Shown here: positions 34,389 to 45,200 of the stretch, in pieces
How positions within the stretch are numbered: position 1 is the stretch's first letter
How the letters are laid out: every line of letters begins with the position of its first letter
NCBI GenBank assembly: GCA_035328405.1
Contig: DAOLIT010000028.1
Span: 577-64,576 of the forward strand
Length of the DNA: 64,000 nt
Direction: 5' to 3'
Origin: Pseudomonadota bacterium
Lineage (GTDB): Bacteria; Myxococcota_A; Polyangia; Palsa-1104; JAEUJZ01
The notes under the pieces: model-generated
What the model saw: only the letters and a program-made list of their open reading frames with translations
Database searches by the model: none
What the model was told of the DNA's origin: nothing
Made by a program: the position numbers and the translations under genes

Positions 34389-36292
34389 CCCATTCCCCCT
34401 TTCTTGGTGGCTCTCTGCGCGTCCCCTTTCCTCTTGTTCAAGACCGTTGCATTTGTCGTTACCCGAAGTGCATCCAGCAAACGAAAGGTCGGTTCTTCCT
34501 CTCTGTCTCTTAGTGTTCCGCGCAGAAACTCTCGTTCGCAAAAAGCAGCATCCACCTCTTTGCCATTCATTCTTGGGAACATCGCAAACTGTTCGATGAA
34601 ATCCGGCAGAGCGGAAGAACCCAACCGCTGTAGGATGACTTCTCGTACGATGGATTCCCTGACCGTATTTAGTTCACGTGCGACGGTGAGCGGCTCAGGC
34701 CCCGTAAACAGCAGAAGCACTATTCCGCCACGATCGCCCGGCTCACAAACCACCAAGGATGCTGCAAGAAACGGCAATTTTTGCACAACGTCCGTGACTT
34801 CCTGAGCAGGATACGGTCGCCCCCGTTTGCTCGGCAGATAAGTTCCACAGTATAGGTAGCCTCCTTCTTGCGAGGACAGAAGCAAACCACAACCCCTTTT
34901 ATGCGAATTCAACACGCCGATTTCGGAAGGCAGCCTAACTTTCCTGGATGACCCTGCGTTTGTCTCTGTTTCTGGCTCTGTTTCTGGCTCTGTTTCTGGC
35001 TCTGTTACACTCTCTGTTCCAGTCCTCGCTCCCTGCAATGTTCCTGGATATTCCAATGTGTACGTTCGCACAGGAGATACCCGCAAAAAGCGTGAAAAAG
35101 CGCCTTTTCTCCGCAACGAAAACAGCAGACATCCACCAATGGCCGAGTCATAAAGCCATGTTTGACATTCCGTATCCCGAAGGTCTGCACGATGAACAAA
35201 GTCATTCCAATGCATTCCTTCTGGACTCAGTGCTTCTATCAGACAGAGCCGAAGACCGAACTGTGCCCATGGTCTGGCACGAGGATGTTCAATCAGGACG
35301 CTGTCACGAAGTTGCTCTCCGACCAGCAACACATGAAGTTCGCACGGAAGACTCTTTTCAACCAGAGAATTGTGAAGCGACAAGGGGTCACAGTGTACAT
35401 ACGCTCCCCCATGAAACAGACAACACAGTATGAGCAGAGGAACATACTGCAAGGAGTCCGAACCCGGAGCTGCCACCGTCGATCCAGGCCACAACGACAA
35501 GTGCAAAAGGCCGTCTCTCATCAGGGACAACAAGACATCCCGCGCACGCAATTCTGTGGGTCCGGTGTTCTTGTCATCCCAACGATCAAACGGCGAAAAA
35601 AGAGCGAACACAGAGTCCTTGGGAGAATACGTATGCGACGTGTAGTGGTGATCGATTCCCAATATCGGCGTAGGAAGTTCTTCGACAAATAGGCAACGGT
35701 CGTGGAACGGGCTCAGAAGCGAAGAGTAACGCAAGGGAGTCGAGATCTTGGCATCGGGAACGGCTTGAATCCGTCTGTGCAAAAAATCCAAACCACGAGG
35801 AGGAAGGACAGTCACTTTCAGGCCCATCCTCAGCCCACTCAGCAGCGCAATGAGTAACTCTGGTTCTACATCCGAGATGATGCACAAGGCGTCTCCTGCT
35901 TTGAGTTGCTTGGCCTGCCATTTCTGACACCGTGCCGTACATGCCTCGTGCAATTCTTGATAACTCAAGCAAGACCAAAGCGCTTTTTCGTTCCCCGCAT
36001 TGCGTAGGGAAGAGCGGACACGTACCGCTTGGGAATCCATGGTTTGATACAGAAGTGCGGGTCGATTTGCATTGTGCGCGAGATGTCGAAGCACGGCATC
36101 GTGATACAGATCCACACCGCTGTGCATGTTGCTTTTGAGAGACGCAGGACACCGATCCAGATGCAGTTTGACCAGGGTAAAAAAGAATGCCTCCCGTGCT
36201 TTGCGCGTTTCCTCTAGCCACGGCATCCGGCGAAACAATCCGTCACCCGGTTGCGTGATTCCCAACAGATCGGCTGGTTCAAACTGTGTCAC
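34385..36292 (-). CDS. ANL-superfamily-like protein with degenerate P-loop (second copy)
   Basis: Exact copy (+32,330) of 2055..3962. Confidence 0.6.
   Translation of the reverse strand: MTQFEPADLLGITQPGDGLFRRMPWLEETRKAREAFFFTLVKLHLDRCPASLKSNMHSGVDLYHDAVLRHLAHNANRPALLYQTMDSQAVRVRSSLRNAGNEKALWSCLSYQELHEACTARCQKWQAKQLKAGDALCIISDVEPELLIALLSGLRMGLKVTVLPPRGLDFLHRRIQAVPDAKISTPLRYSSLLSPFHDRCLFVEELPTPILGIDHHYTSHTYSPKDSVFALFSPFDRWDDKNTGPTELRARDVLLSLMRDGLLHLSLWPGSTVAAPGSDSLQYVPLLILCCLFHGGAYVHCDPLSLHNSLVEKSLPCELHVLLVGEQLRDSVLIEHPRARPWAQFGLRLCLIEALSPEGMHWNDFVHRADLRDTECQTWLYDSAIGGCLLFSLRRKGAFSRFLRVSPVRTYTLEYPGTLQGARTGTESVTEPETEPETEPETETNAGSSRKVRLPSEIGVLNSHKRGCGLLLSSQEGGYLYCGTYLPSKRGRPYPAQEVTDVVQKLPFLAASLVVCEPGDRGGIVLLLFTGPEPLTVARELNTVRESIVREVILQRLGSSALPDFIEQFAMFPRMNGKEVDAAFCEREFLRGTLRDREEEPTFRLLDALRVTTNATVLNKRKGDAQRATKKGGMG
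34965..35006. repeat. 12-bp in-frame tandem repeat (TEPE)n (second copy)
   Basis: Exact copy of 2635..2676. Confidence 0.95.
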
Positions 36293-36744
36293 AGATTTTG
36301 TTCTCTTTTCCGTCGGAAAAAGCCGCTCAAAGCCAAGTCCAGTTCCTTCAGTAGGAGTCCAATCTCTCTCTTCACACTGACGCTGCTCGGACCTCTGTGC
36401 GCTTCATTCTGTTGCGAAGACAGAAGCGTTATTTGCTCACAAAGGGGCTTCCACACAGAGATCAAGGACAAACGATCCTCGGGGAAGACAGTGCGCAGGC
36501 GTTGCGCAAGCTTGACGAGCAGCTCGTCTGGTCTTTCCACGATTACATGCGATTGGATGGCCACCTGACGCAATTCTTCCGGCGTTTGTGTAGCCCGAGT
36601 ACGAGGCGCAAGACTCTCTTTCGGAAGCTCCTCCGCGAGGTCCTGTTCAACGCGACGAGTGGTTTCCTTGCAAGCAGGATTTGCACGTTCCCAGCGTTGT
36701 CGTAACTCTTGTGGATCAAAACGGAACCCCCAATCCTTTGGCAT
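36289..36744 (-). CDS. Hypothetical 151-aa protein (second copy)
   Basis: Exact copy of 3959..4414. Confidence 0.6.
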   Translation of the reverse strand: MPKDWGFRFDPQELRQRWERANPACKETTRRVEQDLAEELPKESLAPRTRATQTPEELRQVAIQSHVIVERPDELLVKLAQRLRTVFPEDRLSLISVWKPLCEQITLLSSQQNEAHRGPSSVSVKREIGLLLKELDLALSGFFRRKREQNL

Positions 36745-36808
36745 GATTCTATGTCCCCCTTTTCGATGCCTTCATACCCCTTTTCATCCATGATCTCTAC
36801 CCCCTGTT

Positions 36809-37516
36809 TTACAGGTTGGAGAAAACCAACAACCCACCGATAAACAAGGTCAAGAGACTCAACGAAGCCAAATAGTACCAAGCAGAAGAACGGCTTTTCT
36901 GTGCCACTTGCGGAGCTGGCGAAACCATGTGAATGAGTGCTTTGTCAGCGTGAGCTTGCAATTCCCTTGCATCGCGTCGCCTTTTCCTCTTCCGAATCGG
37001 ATTCACTGCTCCTGGGATACGCTCTGTGACCAGTGCCTTGTACCGAAGTAGCTTGCTGTTGTCAGCCCCGAATTTTCCAACAAAGCCGGATGCCAGGCAG
37101 TAATACAGAACTTCAAAAACCACTGAAGGGGTGTCTGGCTTCGCCAATCGTTCGTCGACAAAGTCATAGAAGACATCTCCTCCGTAATTGATCTGGAACA
37201 GATCGGATTGCAGCAGGAGCCAGCTAGTCTGTTGCTGTTTCGGTAGATGACTCATCACCATTTCATCGCAGAGCAAGACCAGTGGAAACATCACCAAGTA
37301 GACTTCGTTCTCGCCCATCTCTCGGGTCAGATTGTCCTTGAGTGTGTCAAGCTGCGTTTTGACCTCGCTGCGCAGACGATCCAGTGTCTCACTAGGAATC
37401 ATTGTTGCGACCCCATTGCGCTCTCTTGTTTTCTCTTTCTGATGCACCGTGCGTTCAAGGAGATTGGCAATATCTCGTCTGAGCATGATGATCATCTTCC
37501 ATAACGTGAGTTTCAC
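36809..37516 (-). CDS. tssL: TssL / DotU-family protein (second copy)
   Basis: Exact copy of 4479..5186. Confidence 0.75.
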   Translation of the reverse strand: MKLTLWKMIIMLRRDIANLLERTVHQKEKTRERNGVATMIPSETLDRLRSEVKTQLDTLKDNLTREMGENEVYLVMFPLVLLCDEMVMSHLPKQQQTSWLLLQSDLFQINYGGDVFYDFVDERLAKPDTPSVVFEVLYYCLASGFVGKFGADNSKLLRYKALVTERIPGAVNPIRKRKRRRDARELQAHADKALIHMVSPAPQVAQKSRSSAWYYLASLSLLTLFIGGLLVFSNL

Positions 37517-39213
37517 ACAGTTCTCCTTTGCGCTCGGGGAATCTCCGCATGTTTCAATGGAATCAGGTCAGGAGTCGTCCGAATGTCGACTCGTGCTTCG
37601 TAGTCCCACGCATCCAAAATGTTCGCAAGTTGCAATAGGTACTGCGTGAGCATCGGAGTATCCTGGTCATCATGAGGTGCGAGTTCGATGTGATACACAT
37701 GACGAATACCTGCGCCGCTGAGCGTTCCGTCGGGAACGATCGAATGGGTGATCTTGGAAAGGAGTTTGGTCATGCGCGCAAAGGGGCTCCGTTCCAAAGA
37801 GGCGAACATCTCCAATAGGTCTAGCAGTTCTTCTTTTTGCAACACCGGTTTCATTTTCAGGGATAGAAGGTACAAGAGACGATCTGGATCTTGACGCAGA
37901 GGGGAATCGAGTGACTGAGAAAGGAGACCGATTTGCCTAAAATCGAGACCCGCCGCCACTCGCTCAAGCGGAATCACCTGGACAGGACCCACGGCTCCAT
38001 TCACAAACAGTGGCTGATACCAATGCGCCTCGACCACCAACTGTTGGGGGTCCATGAATGCTTCGGGTCTGCGGATAATCAAGGAATACGAAGGAAAGCG
38101 AGTATCGCTTGTCTGTTCCTCGATTTCGTATGCCTGACGGAAGGTTCCCAACGCAGCATGCCCGAGCGGCTCTAGACCTTTTGCTGTCGTCCGATACACT
38201 CCCAAAGGCCGCTCCATCGCAAAAGTGGAATCATTGTTTAGGAAGCGAACAGGGTACTCGTCCTTGGTTCCATCACAATCGATCGTGCGGGAAAACGCGC
38301 GGTAACGATTGGCCACCGCCACGGTGTGTGGTCGGAATACGTCTCGATGCAAAGGTTGGTCGCGCGGAAAATCATGGTCCAAATCCATGCAAACATACAC
38401 TCTGTTCCATGTCTGTGTAGCAGGGGGAATCGTGATATACACCATAAGATCCTGCGACGGAAAATGGAAAAATGTACGGACCTGTTCGAGCGGGTTTTGC
38501 GCATTGTCTTCATACGGACGATCGAAGTACATTCCGAAAGTCACTTCACAGCGGACTCCACTCGTATTCGGTCCAAAATTCCCATCGTAGAACACGAAGC
38601 ACTCTTTCAAGTGTTTCCTCAGAAGATGATGCAATTTCAGGGAGGCTGGGTAGTGGTCCAGGTAGTTGATGTGTATGGGAATCGTTCCCAAATTGTCCCC
38701 CCGTTGATGCAGAGACAAGAACATCAGCACCAAACGGAACCCCTGTTTCGTCAATTGCAACTCAACACGAGCTAACGTAATCGGCACAACGCGCAGTTCC
38801 GAAAGAGTCTGGAACGATCCGACTGCACCGTCGAGGGTCCGAAACTGCATCGAACTCCCACGCGGCAGAGTCACCGTGTCTGTCATCTGCGGAGTAACGA
38901 CTGCCTGAAGCATCGTCATGCTGGGCAGAGGCTGCAAAATGAAGTGAAAGTAGGCCGACAGAAGCCGCTTCCAGGTCACAAACAGATTCCGCATCGTCGT
39001 CTGACGTGTACGCACCGAGCTGTACGCCAATGCTTCAATCAAACGCCTGACATCGGGGTCCTCCATACCAAGCTGGGCAGACGGATGTTCAAGTTGGTAG
39101 CGTACTCTTTCATCGTCGAGTAGGCGCAACTCCTCCAGCAAACTTTCCTGCACATTCCGGGTTTCCTTCATGCACCTGTGGCCTCTTTGCAAACGCTCAT
39201 CATTGCAACGCAA
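37513..39213 (-). CDS. tssF: TssF (second copy)
   Basis: Exact copy of 5183..6883. Confidence 0.85.
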   Translation of the reverse strand: MRCNDERLQRGHRCMKETRNVQESLLEELRLLDDERVRYQLEHPSAQLGMEDPDVRRLIEALAYSSVRTRQTTMRNLFVTWKRLLSAYFHFILQPLPSMTMLQAVVTPQMTDTVTLPRGSSMQFRTLDGAVGSFQTLSELRVVPITLARVELQLTKQGFRLVLMFLSLHQRGDNLGTIPIHINYLDHYPASLKLHHLLRKHLKECFVFYDGNFGPNTSGVRCEVTFGMYFDRPYEDNAQNPLEQVRTFFHFPSQDLMVYITIPPATQTWNRVYVCMDLDHDFPRDQPLHRDVFRPHTVAVANRYRAFSRTIDCDGTKDEYPVRFLNNDSTFAMERPLGVYRTTAKGLEPLGHAALGTFRQAYEIEEQTSDTRFPSYSLIIRRPEAFMDPQQLVVEAHWYQPLFVNGAVGPVQVIPLERVAAGLDFRQIGLLSQSLDSPLRQDPDRLLYLLSLKMKPVLQKEELLDLLEMFASLERSPFARMTKLLSKITHSIVPDGTLSGAGIRHVYHIELAPHDDQDTPMLTQYLLQLANILDAWDYEARVDIRTTPDLIPLKHAEIPRAQRRTV

Positions 39214-39249
39214 CTCTTTCTGACCGGCTATCCTGCTGCTCTCCCACTC

Positions 39250-42200
39250 CTATTCCTTAAAGTGCTGTGCTGTTTTGTCTGCCGCTTGTTCTGTCCGTGG
39301 TGCCAGTTGTTTTGCGGCACTCATGACATTCTTTGCAAACGCCAGGACCTTGGCCAACCAGTCCTCTCCAATTGGTTCCAGTGGTCCCTCTTTGCCCTCT
39401 GTTTGCTCCCACTTGTTGCTGATTTGCGAGCCTTTTCCGGGCTCAAGGAACGCCAGTTCGCTCTTCTGGTTCTGCGGTTCAAGTGCTTCGCCCTCAGTCT
39501 TGAGCCACTCCTCGGTGAGTTCCGCCAAGGCCGTTTCATTTTCCGCAGTTCCCCTTTGAGTTTTGCCCTGATCTCCGCCCTCATGCAGTGCCCTTGTTTT
39601 AAGAATTTCTAACGTCTTTTTCAGGACGTGGGCCAGATCCTGCGGAAGTTGCTTTGCTGCGACCGCGCGCTGTCCCTGGTTCATCAGTTCCGCCACGTCA
39701 TTGTGTTGCGAAAGGACATGTAGCCAGGGTTTGAGATCCGACAGTTTCCGTATACTACCGGAGTTCCCATCGGGAGTCTTCTCGGGAGTCTTCTCGCCTA
39801 TCGACAACGCAGCGCCCAAAATCGATGCTCCAACAGAGAGAATGTTCTCACCCGGAAGGCTCAACAGAGTAGCGGTTGGAGCCGCTTTCAAGATTGTTTC
39901 CACCGTTTCCCAGTCTTTCACAAGCGCGCGAGAAGCACTTTTTGGGGCCTCTTTTTGGGAGAAGGACACCTGCGTTTTTGCAACCCCTTTTTCGGCGCTC
40001 TGAACGGTCTCCGTGATCGCATCCAGCACAATTCGCTTGGGAAATGATTCGCTGCCTTCTTTGGCACTTTTCTCGGTAGTTTCTTTTGCAGTCCCCTTTG
40101 GAGTTTCCTTTGCAGCCCCCTTTGGAGTTTCTTTTGCAGTCCCCTTTGGAGTTTCCTTTGCAGCCCCCTTTGCAGCCCCTTTGGCGGTCCCCTTTGAAGG
40201 GTCCGTAGTCGATTTCTGTCCTATTTCTTGGACTACATCTTTCGTTGTTTGTGATGTCTTTTCCTTTGACGACGGAGTAGCCGCATCTGTCCCTGTTTTC
40301 TGTTGCGTCGTGGGCTGTCCCTTCACAGTCCCCTGTCCCGCCTCTTTGATGGCCCCCTTTTCGATCTCTTGTGCGAATTTCTTTTCTGCTGTCTGCATCG
40401 AGGCATTCACAACACTTTTCGGATCAGGTTTCAGTATTTCGATCGCTCTCGATGAGGTATCTTTGTATGAATCATCCGCCAGCGACGCCGCAGCCTCCGC
40501 GATTGCATCCATTCGCGGAGGCTTTCCTTCCACAATGTCTGCCGTTATTTTCAACACCTGCATCGCTGCGACTAGTTCTGGGAGTCGATGAAGTGCCACA
40601 ATGGGATTTTCCGCGATTGCAATCGCCGAAGATCGAGGCAGATGGCCCGCTTCTGTTGCAGCAGCAGCAAAGTCCACGATCGGTTGGAGCTTGTTTGGCT
40701 CGTGATCTCGTGCAACCCCTATGGTTTCTGTGTCATGGTTCGGGACTTCCTTTTGAAGCAGTTGAGCGCGCAGTTCGGCTACTTCCAGACTGCTCATGTT
40801 CGCTAGTTGGTATCCACGGATGGCATGCGGTGCAATCGATGGGGGCAAAAGGTCCGCTCTCCCCGCCAGCCCGAGGAGAATGAACAACACAGCCAATTCT
40901 GGGCGAGCATCAAAAATCGCTTCCGCAATGTTCCGCAATGGAGCAGAGTGGTTCCCAGAAAGAACCCCCGCTTGTCCCGCGAGTGCCGCAGAAAGAAGCT
41001 GTGGAATCAGCAACGGTCTGTATCTGAGTACATCAAGCAGTCTGTCGCGATGGATGGCTTCCAGGAGTGCCAACAGCGACGCTTCCGAGAGACCCGGAAT
41101 CTCGACCACATTGGATGGTTTGTCTGCATTTGTAATCGACTCCACATCATCCAAGGAGTGCGAGGGAGGGGGCGCATCGGAAAGGTCTGTGTGCTCTGGA
41201 TTTGTGGGTTCTGATTCCACCGGAGGGAGGTCATGTCCCAACTCTGCAAGATACATTTGAAGTGCCAGGTAGAACTGCACTTGATAGGGGGTTAGGTGTT
41301 CTGGATGACCCGCATCGCTGTCTTGTTCCAGGTTGGTTCGCGCCTGAAAGGCCTTCAACATGTCTTCCAGTTCAGCGATTGGGTGAGGGGCTCCTGCTGA
41401 CGCGATCTGGAAAGTATGCAGCATGTCATTGGGAGTCATCCCTTCCCAGATCATATGTGAAAACAGAGACACCAAACGCTCCATGACAACATAGGGGTCC
41501 TGCTGCGGCGCTCCTCGCAACAGATGACTCTTGGTGCTTTCTGAGTCCCCAAACTTGTCGTCCAAACCGCCGTTTGCGAGCGCCTCGATCTTCGCCAAAA
41601 GCTTGGCCGCAGCCTCGACGTTGCCCGGTTTCTGCGATGGAATGGGGCCACTGCGAGCAACCTCTCCGAAGAGTGAATTCCCGATCCGCTCAGCGGCCTC
41701 CTTCGCACTCGAAGTCACGCTTGCAACAGTCTGTTTTGGCTCAGCGCGCTGGACTTCCACCTTCTTCTGTTTGTCGTGCGCGAAAGCATCATTTTGTCGG
41801 TCCCGCCATCGCTGTTTCCGGCTGTGGGGTTCGCGATCATCCGCGCTGGACTCTGCTGCTTCCTGTTCGTGTTGTGCTGCACGGGACTCTGTATGTTGCG
41901 GTTGTTTGTCGTCTTCCGGGGATTCTGTTTCCTGCTGTTCGGTACGCTTCCTGGACACTCTCTTTGTGCCACGTTGTCTGACAGCTTCTTCGGTCGGTGA
42001 GATGAGCCTCATCACAAGACTTGATGCGGTCTTGGCGTCTTCTGAATTCTCGCGCCAAATCGGCTCTGAGTTTTTCTGGCTTCGTTCGGAATCTCGTTCG
42101 GAATCCTGCTCAGAATCTCGTTCGGAATCCTCGTGAGTCTCCCTTCCCAAATCTTTGTGAGACTTTTCCATCGAGGCTTTTTCCGCGTCTTTTTTGGAGT

Positions 42201-45200
42201 CTTTTTTGGAGACTCGTTCGGAATCCTTTTCTGAATCCCTTTCGGACTCATCCTCGTCGTCCAGATCGTTCTCTGTATCCAGTGAGTTCGTCTTTGGTGG
42301 CGGTCCAATTTCAACCTGCGTCCCATGCACACGAGTTGTCACGCCAGTCATTGAATTGCGGAGTCCTGTTGAAGAAACCTCGGAACCGAAACTGTGAATG
42401 CCAGGCCCGCCCCCAAAGGTTCCGACTCCTCCAGTGATTCCCATGAGTCGAATCCCCTTGAGCGCATTGATAAGGACCTTGAGGGCATTCACAACGACCC
42501 CGTTCATGGCTGTGAGGTTCAGACCGGACGGCGTTTGCAACGACATTCCAGCCAAACTGGATAAGGTCATCCGTCCCAGACTTTGGTAGCTCGAACTTTT
42601 CTGCGAGCGGACCCACAACTTTTCGACGTCGATTTTCAGTTCACGACACTTGATGGTGATGGTGTCGCCGTGTTGTTCGATGCTGGCTTTGTGGTCTCCG
42701 TTTGCCGTCTCAATGCGGATGCCCTGTGGTCCCACGAGCACGGCGTGGCTGGCCTTGTGTGAAGGACAATCGATTTCCAAAGCAGCCCCACTCCCAGAGT
42801 CCATTCCAAACCGACAGTGGGAAGGAACGAGAGGTTCTCCTTGGGTCTCCGATCCGGGCCTGGGCAACGGAGGTAGTTCAGGCGGGGATTTGTCGTTGTT
42901 TTCTTCGCCTGTATCCTCGAAATCCTTGTCGCTGTCCTTGTCTCTGTCCTTTCCCCTGTCCTTGCCCCTGTCCTTGTTTCTGCTCTCGTCTCTGCTCTCG
43001 TCTCTGCTCTCGTCTCTGTCCTTGCCTCTTGGTATGTCGTTGGCAGCGAAACTCGGTACAGCATAGGGGTACTTTTCATCACCGATATCGCCCCATCCTT
43101 GATCGTACAAACCCCGTCTACTCGCTTGCTGGGGATTGTTTTTGCGGTTCGGTGTGCGTGCTCGTTCTGCGACGATGACATCCGCGTCAAATTCCGACTG
43201 TGGTTTTTCATCCAATTCGTGCGCAAGGAGTCCGTCCGCCTTCCGCATTCTGGCATTTTCGGATACGCGGGCATGCTTTTCTGTCCGCAGCATTTTTGTA
43301 GAGTGGAGTGTTTCTTTCGTGTCCGTTTCGTGAAGCGATTGTTCTGTCTTTGCGAGTTCCTGCAATTCTCGTTTGGCCTGTTCAGCGACGATCTTCCGCA
43401 GATTCCTCACAACCCAACGCGGAGTTTTTGCGGTGATGTCTGTTTTTCTTCCAACTTGGGGGACCGACTCCTGTGGGCCTCTGATGTGGTTTGCTTTTGG
43501 ACTCTGTTTTGCATTTTTCTTCAAAAATTTCGCAGAGATGTTGTGCATGGCTGCGGCGTGCTTGGCCTGCGCTTTCAGGAGTGTCATCGTAATCACTTGG
43601 TCTGGAAGGCTTGCAGTAGGTCCGGGGACCTGTGCCTCAGCTTTCATGCCGCCCCCCATTCCTCCTGGCATGAGCGAAAGGAGTCCGGCTACCCCCGCCT
43701 TGCACTTGATCTCAAGCGCCTTGCTCAAAGCGAGCGTAGCCCTCTGGATGGCCAAATCCACCTTGGGACTGATCGGGGGAATCGACTTCTGTTCAATGCC
43801 GCTTTGGTACATGCGCAGAAACTGCATGGTGCTGTACCGTTGCCTTTGTATCTTGTATTCGGGCACGTCCTTGTCATACGTCAGTTTGTGTGTGACGCCG
43901 TTTGTGAAGTCGTGCCCGATCATGAGCTGGTTCCCCTGATTGCGCGACGGTATCGTCGCCATGGGTCGCCAGTCCAGATAACGACCCAGATCGGCTCTGT
44001 CGAAGTAGAGACTGACCTGTACGTGCTCCTTTCGATATGCAGGATAGAAGTACTGTCCAGGTTGAAAATTGGGAATGAAAGGGGTCTTGACGAGCTGGCA
44101 ACCGAACACCGGCAATTGAATTTGATAGTACTGCTGGCTACCAATAATCGTTGAGGCGTTTTCCCACGTTTGTGTTCCCGGCATGCCCATCATGGAATAC
44201 ACAATCCCTTCGACTTCCAGCGGATATCGGGGCTTCACATAGCTTGGTAAGGAGGGCTCTGTATCGCGGCCTGTTTTCAGAAAAACCGCCAAGGAACACG
44301 CAAACAGTCCCGTGCTTTTTGCGGACATCCTGGGCATCACATCGGTTTCGACGGTCTTGGCTTCAAACACCATGCGGGCGACGCGGTTGACTCGTCTGGC
44401 TGCTTTGGGAATCACAAATTCGTGGTTCGGAAAATCAAGGGGGTCCAAGTTGAAATCAAGACCCACACCCGGTGGAAAAGGCCTGGAAGGGAAGCGGCGA
44501 AAGTAGAGCAAAAACGCAGGAGATGGCTGGGAAAAGGTGGCCAACCGTTTGATGTATTCCATGGCAAAGTTCAACGGAACCGGCGTGGGAAACCACCTGT
44601 CTTGCTTCAGGGGAGAAAGCGCCTGCAAATTCAGTACGGCTTGGGTACTCGCCACGCGCGCGGAGTCATTCCTAAGTCGCTCCTCATAAAAGCGTCCCAT
44701 GGTTCCCGTTGTGACGATTTTCGCGATGTCTCTTGCAAAAATCTGGAACGGTTTGGGACGACGGGGGCGCTCCTGGATGACGTAGATGTTCTGTGAGTAA
44801 TCGTAGGTCAGGGTGTGCTCCATCTCGTCGAGCCGCCAGACCAACCAGTCATAAAAACTCGCGCGCTCGGTAACGGAGTGTTGCCGATTCAGATTGAGGA
44901 AAATCTGGTCTTGTGGAAGCGAAAGGGGGATGCTTTTCACCTTCACGTTGATGAGCAAATTGGCGTTCTTTTTGATCACCTGGGACATTGATGTGTTCGT
45001 GTACAGCTCAATGGGAAAATGTTGCTTCCACAAAGCTTGCGCGGGGTCGCAAAACTCAATCGCATATTCACGGACAGAGACGATTAGATCATTGGCTTCG
45101 CGGCTTGTATGTTGACAGACCGTGTGCGAGGTGATGACCGCCGTAAGCAGCATCTCGATGGGAACCAAAGGGCCGTTCGGTGAAAGTCCTGGTTCCAGCA